A stretch of DNA of 64,000 nucleotides from Antedon mediterranea (taxonomy: Eukaryota > Animalia > Echinodermata). Of this stretch, positions 50,439-62,177 are shown piece by piece; within the stretch, counting starts at the first letter, position 1; each line of letters opens with the position of its first letter. The position numbers and the translations under genes are program-made. The DNA lies in assembly GCF_964355755.1 (NCBI RefSeq), contig NC_092670.1:29748388-29812387 (forward strand). Reading direction: 5' to 3'. The notes under the pieces are model-generated. The model worked only from the letters and a program-made list of their open reading frames with translations, was not told the DNA's origin and searched no databases.

Positions 50439-52865
50439 GGGCCTGTTTCTATTGAAAAATAAAAAAAGAATGGTTTTTTGGAAACCGGTTTCGGCTGTTG
50501 TTTATAAATAAATGACAACGGAACAGTTACCATCTCAGTCTATCGGAAGCCCACTCACACAGACCAATATTTACATTTCAACTCACATCATCCACTCGAA
50601 CACAAACTGGGGCTTATAAACACGCTTGTGGACAGAGCTGAGAAGGTAGTGGGAGATATGGATTTGAGGAAAGTTGAGATGGATAACATCAAGAAAGCGT
50701 TACACAACTGCCAGTATCCAGAGTGGTCCTTCCAGAGAGTTATGGAAAACCGAAAGAGAAAAAAGAACAAAGGACACGAACCACAGAAGGAAAAGATCAA
50801 GATGAGAGGTAGCATAGGAATCCCCTATGTAAAAGGAATGGCAGAAAGAATAAGACGCACTCTCTCCTATCACAATGTCGAAACCTATTTCCTACCCCAA
50901 AATAAAATCAAGAATAGCCTTGCCCACCCAAAAGATAAAATCGAGAAGATGGATACATGTGGAGTAATCTACGAAGTCACCTGCCGCAACTGTCCACAAG
51001 TTTACATTGGGGAAACAGGGAGGGCATTACAAACACGAATTAATGATCACAAAAAAGATGTTACAACAAACACGGGGGGAGTAATGACTAGGGCCTCCAG
51101 AACATCCACATCATCGATCATACACAAATCTGCCATTACAGAACATGTCATAAAACACAATCATGTACCGAACTGGGAGGCTACCATCTTAACCAAAGAG
51201 CCTAAACGCAAAGACAGACAGATTAGAGAATCATTACATATAAGGAGAAATAAGGAGAAGACCATGAACCGGGACACTGGAGCCCACGAACTCTCGCATT
51301 TGTAAAATGATTTGATAGACACATCACCTGGCCGAGCTCCGCACAACCTCCAACCTACAACCGGAGGCGTACGACGTCATCAACAGATGACGTCAAGCAT
51401 GACCAGGCTGCATTAACACTCCGCAGTCAGTTGAGAATGATCTCTGATAGAGATCGAAACGTTCGAGTAAGTACTCCGTTAACTTGTGCTTTTACAAAAA
51501 CGAAATTTGTCATCTATATAAATAAAAATCGCGTTGCAGCTCAATTTTTTATCCAATAAAACCGGTTCCGTCCATGTGCGTTCGTTATGAATGATGTCAT
51601 TATATACACCACAATGCAGTTCGTTAGGCGGAAGCGCGATTGGATCAAAGTCATGTTTACTTTTTTTCGCATAGCGCGATCCCCAAGAAATAGCATCCAT
51701 TTCATCATAGAAAGGGGAATTATTACCTGAAACGTTATTGTGGTCCTTGGTTAAAGTATAGGTACGTCGCACCCTCTGATATTGTCAAGTTGAACTCGTC
51801 TAGCTTTCACACGCTTTACAATATTCTTAAAAACATGTAGGCCTCTAGGCCTACGTGAGTCTTTCTTCCGACTCCCGACAAGTCCCTCATCTTCTTCCCT
51901 TCACATATTTTTTACGAACCTCGTAATGGTATCGGTCAACATTTTTTAGTTAAATAAAATACTCACTATCTAAGCCCCTTTCTCACAGATGTGCCTGCAA
52001 TATACTGGTATTCTGATGGGGTCATGCCGGTATCGTTACCGGCATATACCCATTCTCATCGTACTATCATGCCGGAAATATAACCGGTATATACCGGCTT
52101 TTTGTGAGAAAGGAGTCGGGCATATTCGGCCAATAAAAAGTCTCTGACAAAATAATTATTGAGAGCATCCTTTATTGTTATTATTTTTGTCTAGCGATAT
52201 ATGGCGGCGAATTTTAAGTTACAGATTATTATCTTCCTTTATAGCATATTTATGCAATACATGCTATGTACAGTATATTGTGCATATATTATACAGGTAC
52301 AGCAATTAATTAGCCGTCATTGGCAATCTGTAAAACACCTTAGAAGGCTGTACAATTTACAAGGCGACGAAGGGTCAGGCACCAACAAAGAGCTACGCCT
52401 GGCCTAGGCCTATAGAATATGCTACAAATTTCTTCTTGTCCCCTTATTTAAGCAGCTCTCTTATCTCATTATCCCTCCAGTTCGACATTATTATTGTTAA
52501 TTGATTTGAATCGGTGCCTAGGCCTAGGTCCTATCGCGCGGGTTTGACTGCGAGTTGACCGCAATCAGTGCAGCAGACTGCAGAGTTCAGTTTTTTGGGG
52601 TCAAATTGAGACCGCGATTGTGTTGCAGCTAAAAATTGCTCCGCGGAAACCGGTTTCAGAATGGTTCTTTGCGATCGAGACCGCAATCAATTGGGGTTTT
52701 TGAAACCGTTTTTAAGATCGGTTCTTTTTTGTGGTTTTTTGTGGGGACCCATTTCTGCTGGCAAGAAAAAACAGTTCTTGAAAAGAACGGTATTCAAAAC
52801 CGTATTCTCTGCTCTGTAGAAACAGGCCCTTACAACCGTATTCTCTGCTCTATAGAAACAGGCCC
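50439..52865 (-). mobile_element. PIF/Harbinger-like element with a Myb/SANT-like remnant, interrupted by a Penelope-like insertion
   Basis: TTA|GGGCCTGTTTCTA ... TAGAAACAGGCCC|TTA, with the right end present twice (52829 and 52865). The - strand remnant RRTYTLTKDHNNVSGNNSPFYDEMDAI (~51690-51772) resembles Myb/SANT-like trihelix proteins of Harbingers. Confidence 0.75.
50508..51478 (+). mobile_element. 5'-truncated Penelope-like retroelement (RT thumb + GIY-YIG endonuclease)
   Basis: Open frame 50508-51305: VYRKPTHTDQYLHFNSHHPLEHKLGLINTLVDRA, IPYVKG, GVIYEVTCRNCPQVYIGETGR..RINDH, SAITEH, RQIRESLHI, MNRDTG. A hammerhead-like motif follows at ~51431-51465. Confidence 0.93.
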
Positions 52866-53018
52866 TTACAACATGTGGAATGCACAACATTTCTAAGAAC
52901 TTTAAACCAAATACTTCCTACAGGCCTGGAAGATATACCAAAAATAAACGCTTGAAAAACTATGCTATATTAACAGAAAGTTATGTTCACTCTACATTTT
53001 GGGAGTTATTGGTAGATA

Positions 53019-53168
53019 CAGTCAACTCTCCAAATACCGGACTCTTTGAAAACCAGAAACTCTCCCAATACCAAAAATGCTCAAATTCATTTTAGCATTA
53101 AAAACACATTGCCAATACCAGACATTGGTCAGACCAAAGGGGTCTGGTATTGGGAGAGTTATTGACTG
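53019..53168. mobile_element. Small Tc1/mariner-type MITE
   Basis: TA|CAGTCAACTCTCCAAATACC ... GGTATTGGGAGAGTTATTGACTG|TA. Confidence 0.7.
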
Positions 53169-54215
53169 TAATACATTTGATTCTGATAGTAGTAGTAATT
53201 AGTATGTAACCAGTTTATACCCGAGAAGGGTTTGATTACTGTAGCACTATCGAATTAGCAGGATCTGGATCTACTGATTTAACTTTGTATGGGTCAGATG
53301 TTAGCATCTTCATTCAAGATTTTTCTTATTACCTGAAATTGAAGAGGTTTTTACTGTGTATAAATAAGGTCTTTGTTCTTGGAGCCTAAACAGACCTGTT
53401 CCATTGAAACTTAGACCTGGTTCATTTGAGCGATGAAATACAATAAATGAATAAATTCAGGTCTGGGTTAGTGGTGATGGACTTGTAATATTATAAGATT
53501 ACCCACTCTCCCATTTACAGTCCTTTATATCATGCATAAATTAACTAGATTAATTAACAGTATGCCTAGTGATTCCCATTAAAATCCACATGATAGATCT
53601 ATAAATTACAAAACTTAGGATGGCCTAGAGCATTACACTTGTTTGTACAATACATACCATACATGCCCAACTCTTCACAAGATAATTTGAACTTTTGATT
53701 TATCAGTTGAATATTCCTCCCTGTGATTTACAATATCAGAGTATTTCTAATATGCATGGTATGGTGTCATCATAAGCTTAGAAACCTAATGAAAATGTTA
53801 ACATATTTTTAACATTAATATATTATGGTTTTTGTTTACTGTAAAAAAACAATTTTTACAAAAATTTCCATATAAGATGGATAAAAAACACAGAGGCTCA
53901 TTCATTCATGTATGTCACACTTGCTTAATTGTGTGGGTATTAATGATTGTCAATGCCAAGTACCCTGTAGTAGATTAGGATGTGGTTATAACATCCCAAA
54001 GGAATACATCACAATGCTCAGCTGGCTAGTTTATATTCACCACATTAATGTATGTACAGTATTCTTTATTCCATTATTGCTTAGAATGATACCCTGCAAA
54101 ACAACATCTGTTTTCCCCCTAGTTTTGAGAGAAAAACCAATGAATGAAAACAGTTGTATTGAGAAACCAAGCACCAAATAAGAGCTAACATTTCAGTTTG
54201 TTAGGGCCTTTTGAG

Positions 54216-55438
54216 CAGGGGTGGCGCCAGGATCTTCCCGACGCGGGGGCTACATTCCCCGAGGAGGGGGCTATGCGAGCGAAGAGCGAGCATCACTAGG
54301 CTGGGGGCCGCCAAGGGCCTCCGGTGGGGGTCCAGGGGGCGAAGCCCCCGGAAGCAACGCGTTCTAGCGTCATTTGAGGTCATTTTAATCAGATTTAGGG
54401 TAGCCATTTTTTCCATTTTTTATAATGCATAAATAAAATACTGCGTGCAAAAAAACGATGCGCGATGACTGTTTCAATCCATATTTTTCAATTTAAAAAA
54501 TAAAAGTTCAAAGAAAATTTAGAAAAATAGAGTTGGAGGTCCCGGAAATTGGACTTCATATACTTCAAAACATAAAACAAAATATATAAGTCCCTACCAT
54601 GGTTGTGACTGAGCTAAGAAATGTTTGAAAAATAGAGATGTTAGGTCCCGGAAAATGCACTTCTTGTACTTCGAAATATGACCAGCTTTATTGTTGGGGC
54701 TGAGCTAAGAAACTGTTTAAAACTAGAGCTGCATGGTCTTCAAAAAATTGCATTTTATACTTTGGAAACATCAGGCCTAGAGGCTTAAAAAACGCAAGCG
54801 TACCGTAGACCTTTTTCAGTCGGGGAAATAAGTTTATTCCTCCCAAGTGTATGCGTGCGTACTATCTGGACTTCCGAGTGGTGAGAAATTCATGACATAC
54901 AGGACATTGAAAATGTAATAACTTAGCTATAATAAGATGTTGGCTAAGCGAAAATGGCATGTTTTTTTGTTTAGTAATGGATGAAAAATTTATTTTAGGT
55001 GCCCCACGGTACAGAAGGTTACTTGTAAATTAAAAAATTGGTGAACATACGAACAATTAACATAATTCGTTTTTGCTGTAGTGTAGCGTACGTCGACGCA
55101 GTACACGACGTAACCGTCAGTAAACTTCGCCTGGAAAATAACTACAGTACACATTTTGGTCCCTGGATGGAACATGATATCACGCGTCTCGACCCAACGT
55201 TGAACGATTCGTACAAAGGGATACCGCCAGACAAGTGCGAACCTAGCTATTGTTTAGTAGTAAGTTAGGTCGCTGGCAATAATGAATGCATATAAAGTGC
55301 ATAATATCACTCTGACGTACTCTCACGGTCAATGAAACGTCGCGGTTTTCTAGGCGTTTTTTACTGTATATTAAAAAGTACCCGTGTTCCCCGACGGGGG
55401 GGCTAGGCTCCCCGACGAGGGGGCTAGAGCCCCCGTAG

Positions 55439-55473
<35 letters not shown>

Positions 55474-55488
55474 CTGGCACCACCACTG
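54216..55488. mobile_element. hAT-type MITE with 8-bp TSD
   Basis: TIRs CAGGGGTGGCGCCAG / CTGGCACCACCACTG; perfect TSD CTTTTGAG (54208-54215, 55489-55496); G/C-rich subtermini with a long poly-C run. Confidence 0.9.
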
Positions 55489-55773
55489 CTTTTGAGATCT
55501 ACATAGTTATGCTTTCACATTACATGCACCATACAGTACACAACTCCATACAATAGGTCAGGACCAGGAAAACAGTGCAAGCTTCAGTACCTCATATGAC
55601 ACTGACCTATCGTCAGGGTATGCTCAACGGTTTTTACCTCCAACCTATCAAATTTACTCTCTTACAAATGTTCATCCCAATTTTTTTGTAACAAAAGCGT
55701 TAATTAATCGAGTCTGAAAGCTTCCCTGTAAGGACTCTTAATTGTAATGTGACCTTGCTTGTGATAAGATTTA

Positions 55774-56780
55774 GGCCCTGTTCAGACCCATGGCGTTAGA
55801 CCGTTTTAGCGTACGACGCTAAAAGAATGTGTGTCTGAACAGTTGGGGATTAGCGTACAACGCGTCGTACAACGGTTGTAGCGTTGTAGTGGAAAACGGT
55901 TGATAGTACCGTTTTAGCGTACGACGCTACTGTAAGTCAACGTTGTATCCAATCAGAACGTTTCCTGTTATGACGCGAAACAAGGTTTGACCTAGGCTGA
56001 CATCTTTTGTATCGTCAATGTGTGAGATGGATTTCAATAACAAAAAGGCCAGAATAAATAAGGCCTAACTACACTACAAATACAACTGTTACAAAGGCTA
56101 CAAACTACTATCAACTGATTACCATTATATTTTCTAACAAATGACATAAATACATGCACCTTGTATTTAAACATAGGGACTACGATCCCATCCGCTTTTA
56201 GGCCTAGCTAGGCCTAGAGCCATTCACGCATTTCATTCAAGCTAAAAACTAGCCTGGGACATCAAGTCACTCATTCATACAAGGCAGACTAGACTGGACA
56301 AGTTTAATGCTGAAAACCCCCTAACTCCTAAAAAAATCAGTAAACAAACAAGGGGAGCTGTGTCCCTTTTATTAGCATTAAGGGTTATTTTCAACCGACT
56401 GGACCAAAGAATATATATAACACAAGAGCCTGGGGAAAATATTTTTTACTACAAACAAAATAAAAACAATAGAAACAGAAATTTGGCTTTACTATATTTT
56501 TCTTAAATAAATGCTGAGGTATGTTTTATTTACGGCAAATTTTGTCATAATTGTAGGGCTGAGATCTAGGCCTATATACAGTGGAAATAATGATGAAAAC
56601 ACGTGGGTAAGAGCACATGAATATGCAACTAGAAACAACCTGGATGACGTACTTCCGTTGTAACAATAATCGTACGCTATGGGTCTGAACACCTCGTTTT
56701 TTTCTCTGCGGTTTGTAACGTGACCTTGATAGACCGTTTTAGCGTACAACGTTACTAACGCCATGGGTCTGAACAGGGCC
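55774..56780. mobile_element. PIF/Harbinger-like MITE
   Basis: 26-bp perfect TIR GGCCCTGTTCAGACCCATGGCGTTAG; left flank TTA (right flank AAA, so the TSD is imperfect); internal ACCGTTTTAGCGTAC repeats. Confidence 0.85.
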
Positions 56781-58898
56781 AAAGATACAAGGCAATGTAA
56801 AAACAAAAAGAAAAGTATCAAAAATAACATTCAAGTTTTAAATAAGAAGCAAATTATACAAGTAAAATGAAATAATAAAAACAAGGTAATCTTACAGAAC
56901 GAACAATACTTAATCTATATGATGGAGTTAATGGATTATTATTAAAAAAAATATAATTGATAATTGATTTTATTATACTGTTATTATTAAAATAAATGCA
57001 ACTGTTATATGATTATTTGTTCTTATTATATTTAATTTTAATAACTTTATTTGTAATTTAATTAAACGTGATACTATTTTTATTATACTATTTGGTCTCA
57101 TTTTTAGTACTGTATTATTTATTTATTTTATTTAGATTTAGGTTACATTATATAATTTTGGAGGAAGAAAACAAAATTTAAAAAATATATATAATATATG
57201 AATTAGATAAATGGTCATGAAAGCCATGAACTCTCTCAAATAATTGATAGTGTTTCTCTGAAGAGGCCTTTTCTATGTTTAAAAAAAAAATAATCCTCTA
57301 TACAAAAATGTTCTTGTAAATTTAATTTGCATGGGTTTTAGTACTGCAGTTTATTTTATGGTGTAAAAGGGTATGTATATCAATTAATGGCCAGTTTTCA
57401 AATATGTGTAATTAGGTCAACAAAGGAAGTGGTTTCCTCTTCACCTGTCTAGACTTAAGGTGTCCTCCTCAAGTAGCCTCATAATTCCAGACTTTTCATG
57501 TATACTGAGTGAAAATGTGTATGTATGCACCTATGGTAAAGAGCTAGAACATTGTGGGTGGCTATTGTGGTGGTAATTGGAAGTGTCTGAACCATGTCCT
57601 TCAACATTGGTAATTAAGTTATGTTAAAGAAATATTAAAACGGCAATGTTGATATTATTATGTTGTGAACATTTCAACTAAATATACAGTAAACAAATCC
57701 TAAAATAAACTTAAAAGTACTCAAACATTTAATACAAAATACTTTTTCAGTAATAGATTAAGCCATACTGTGATTGTGAATATCTATAATGTATTTTAAA
57801 ATATATATTAAATAAATTAGTAAACTTAATTATATCTTGTTTTTTTCTGCATACAAATATTTGCAAGGTTAAAACACATGGATAAGCAGTGATACATAGT
57901 ATTGTTTTCTATGAATTTCAAGTAATCAATAATTGATTGTCATTATTTCGGTTTGTGGAATAAAACAACTTTTGTATGTAAAAATAAAAATGGTATTTTT
58001 AGTATAGTTTGGAACGCATTTTCCATTTGCCATATTCCATATTAAACAATTGTTTATCATTAACAACCAATATGAAATAACCATACCAGAGTAACCCCTA
58101 TCAAATGGATAAAAATGTACCCTTTATCTGCATTATGCTTACAAAAGGAGTTGACAATATTAAAACATATACTGCAGAGTGCTGCCTCTTCCTCTTGCTC
58201 ATTTCTTAAGAAAGCATCACCTTAATAGGGGTGTTGGAAGGGGTTGAGTGTAGTGTAAGTAAATAAAAATATCATTGATTTCAATTGTTGTTTTTAAAAT
58301 GCATATCTTTTAACAATATCCATGCCAAAACTCACCAATTTGTGTTTTTTTTAATTGTTTTTCAAAAAGGTTCCTAGTGTAAACAGTGACTGATACATCC
58401 AAAATAATCATATCAGCTTCATGCCTACTTGAAGTTTTACACTCCTTGACCTGAATAGCAATTGGTAACAACCTATGGAATGTGGAAATATCAGTAGGAA
58501 CAAGTACTTGTCTCAGAGAATGAATAATAAAAATGTCTGGTTATTTATAACTCAACCTGTTAAAGAAATTATGACTGCATTGTGTACTATTTAATACCTG
58601 TAGTACAATTTTAACTGGGTGTTTTATAGTTATATTATACAATGCAGTTACATGCCTCTATTAATTATGTAAAAACGAACTGTGTTGAATAATTCAAAGC
58701 GATTGTGTTTAATTAGAATTTACTTGCAAAACCGTCTATATTTCCGCAAATGTGTAAATTCCTTGTGGTTGTTTGGTGTATTTTGGAGGTGTCTATAGCT
58801 CTTGTTATAATAAGACCAACTAAAGCACCTAATTCAGGCCTAGTAGTGGTTGCTGACCAATTAAACCTACATCATTTACCACTCACAAAGGCGCAGTA

Positions 58899-59619
58899 TG
58901 GATTAGGCCAAGTTGAGCCGCCGACAAGTTGAGCCGCCACCAGAAAAACGTTATTTTTTATGGAACGCCAAATGCTAACTTTCGCCGGTGCTCGTTCTAT
59001 TTATATTATTAGGGATCGATGTACATTCAAAAGTTTATACTGTATATCATGGTTTTTAGTATATATATTATTAAATATATAATTAAAGAAATAATTATGA
59101 AAATCTGGCTTGTAGATTCCAAAATATAAAACATCACCGAAAGTGATCGTTTTTAGCCAAAAATGACGTAAACATGTTGCCCCTCAGTCGGCAGTTGTAT
59201 GAACTAGGCTTACTCCATTTTTCGGTAAAATAATTACATAAAATCACGTTTTTTAGTAAAATATTTTGTGTATTAACATTGTAAAATTCAATAAAATATG
59301 ATATTAAAAGATTAGTAAATAAAAAATAATATTTATTTAACCTCATTCGAAGAATGTTAATACTCTATTAATTAGTCCTGAGAGAGGACAACGTGACTTT
59401 ACGTGGTAGGCCTACACGTGGCGAGAAAAATTATGAGTGCACTGAATTTTTTCCTCGAAAGATTAAAAACAATTACATTATTAAATATTACTTATGTAAT
59501 ATGAACTTATGTACACCATCCTAATCGCTACGCGAAATGTCGTAAAAGACGGATGCACTGGGCGTTTCATAGAAATCACCGGCGGCTCAACTTGTCGGCG
59601 GCCCAACCGGTCATATCCC
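58899..59619. mobile_element. Non-autonomous TIR element with an end architecture similar to 28017-29944
   Basis: GTTGAGCCGCCGACAAGTTGAGCCGCC...TATGGAACGCC is mirrored by GGCGTTTCATAG...GGCGGCTCAACTTGTCGGCGGCCCAAC; no TSD visible. Confidence 0.7.
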
Positions 59620-60603
59620 TTGGTCTAAGTACAAAAGAGCATAACAATCAGAATACTGTAAATATAATCCATTCGCTTACTTTGCAAACTAAGCATAATT
59701 TCTTTTTATAACCTTGCTTGATGGTCTACAGTCATGAATGTCAGATTAGTGATCTACCGTACTAAATGTAAATTACTTTGGTAGTTGTCTTTAAATTATT
59801 TTTATTATGTTAATGTTTCTCTACTGAACCACTTTGGAAATCAATGCTTTAGCACTGACAGTGAAGGTGTCATTCAGTATAAAGACAGAATAAATAAATA
59901 ATACTAGAGGTCATGTATTTAAATCCCACCAAATTTTTTCACAAACACAAATTTACTTTGCATAAAATACAAGTGCATTAGAGTAAGGGAAATATCTGAC
60001 CATTTTTTCTGAATTTAGTTGTTTTATGCGGGCTCCAAATCAAACTTTAGTATCAATCATTAACAAGCTAGTTTTCTTTATAAGTATAAAGTTCAATTTA
60101 TATAGCATCAAACCTAAACTTTTAGTTTGTTTGCATAGTATTTGATATTAATAATATTGTTTTATATCACAAGAGTTGAATTGCTACTGGCAGGGTATCT
60201 GTTTTGTGTATCTTCCAACAATACAAGTGGTGTGACTAATTGTTAGATTTGACCTTGATCTTGTATGACATCATTGTTTAGCCACACTTGTATGATAATA
60301 CCTTTTAAAAAGATCTGTTGATAATTCTGTATTAATTCAGTATCTGCTGTCTATGGCTATAGAAGCTTGTTCAAAATTAATTTTTAATTTTGAAATACTT
60401 TTAGTGCACTGAGTGCAAATGAGCATCTTCTATGAAACAATTTGGGAATTATAGCCTTAGGGTTCTTTGCGAATCTAGTGTTTATTTGAATATAGAATGT
60501 AGATGATTCCATTATAAAAATAGAAATATACTGCTTTAAATCTGAAAGTAGAATTATAGCCGAGATATAGACTATGTGAAGATCATATATATGCCAATCC
60601 TAC

Positions 60604-61719
60604 CAGTGGCGGATCTAGGATCTGACGAGGGGGGGTGGCCACGAAAGTGGCAAAGGAGGTGCGTATCACCGAGCGGGGGAGGGTTTGGAAGGGGTGTGCC
60701 CCTCCCGAGGCTCCGAAAATTTTTGAAAAAATAGAAGCTTACATACTGTTTAATAGGCTAGAGAAACTGTTTCCATCACACTTAATAACAAATATTACAT
60801 AATGTAAATTTAAATAAATCCTTCCTAAATACTGTACGGATCTTTTTCGACGAACTAATAATAAACTTTGATTGAAAAACCTTCAAACAAAATGAACATT
60901 TGGTAATGCTGCACTCCGAAAATGCCTCAATAGTGCATGTGTTGTGTACCGTATTTTGGTGGTCTGTTAACCTCAGAGATATATACCCTACAGCCGAGTG
61001 AATAACTCAATGTAATTTGGTATACAATGATTGCAGTAATCGCCGTGTCTATAACACAAATCCAAAAACAACAAATACGCCACATACTTTTTTTCGACCA
61101 TCTCGCCGTGTACATACAAGACATTTTATGTTTATTTTATGCCTATAAAATAATAAAAGAACACCATGTTTCTCGTTTATTTTTATCGTTTATTTTTATC
61201 GTTTATACTGCATACTATAATATTATACAAAAAACCTTCTTGCGCGAGAAAAAAGTTCCCGATATTACACTCTCAGGGGTGTAAATATACCACGCTAACG
61301 CTTGCACATGCGGATCAGAGGGCGGTGGAAATTAACTGCAATGGAAAATGGTGTATTTTTGGAGAGTGATGACGTCAGTATTCACACGATGAACGAGCTA
61401 GACAACGTGACGCTGGTAGTTTTAGGAGTGCGTGTGTTTTGAAAATAACTCAGTTGTGGGTATTTTCCGAAGATTTTAAATCGTGTTTTCTTTTTAAACT
61501 CTTGAATTCATAATAGTAATTGAACTCTTAGCTCTTTCACTGTGTAGGCCTATTTACACAACTATTAATGCTAACCCTAGCTCTAGTAGGGCCTAGCTAG
61601 CCTAGACTAACTCTTCTTAATTAAAAGATTAATCCACGACAAGCGACGGTCAATCGAGAATTAATGGGGGTGGCTAGCCACCCTATTCACCCCCCCCCCC
61701 CCGCCTAGATCCGCCACTG
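60604..61719. mobile_element. hAT-like MITE with 5-bp TSD
   Basis: 17-bp perfect TIR CAGTGGCGGATCTAGG.; CCTAC is directly repeated on both flanks. Confidence 0.85.
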
Positions 61720-62119
61720 CCTACATAGTGTTGTGTCTGATTTCAGTATTATATTCTTAAAAATGCAAGACAATTCTTAGACAGTTAATTTAATTGATTT
61801 TCCAGATTAATGATGAAGGCATTATTTTTTTCATTATGGTTTTATAATTAACTAAAGCCTGGTAATCCAGTCATTAAACCATTAATTTTATATTGCTCAT
61901 CAAAGATCATGTATACTGAAAAAGTGCATTTTGATATTGCAGTTGTTTTGGTAGATGATGTGATGACCAATATATTGTTAACTGTATCAGTGGCCTTGTT
62001 CAATTACAAATCGACCATTAGAATGCAAGTATATGATAATTAGTTGACCATTTTTGCAATTAATGGTTTTGTAATTTACATTAAATGCTATTTTTTTCTA
62101 GTTCATTATTGCTATTTGC

Positions 62120-62123
<4 letters not shown>

Positions 62124-62152
<29 letters not shown>

Positions 62153-62177
62153 TATATAATAATAATAATATAATAAT
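62124..62177. repeat. (AAT)n microsatellite
   Basis: Interrupted run of AAT triplets. Confidence 0.9.

Noticed and set aside
54201-55268. GC-rich ORFs on both strands
   Set aside because: They fall within the hAT MITE and have no transposase motifs
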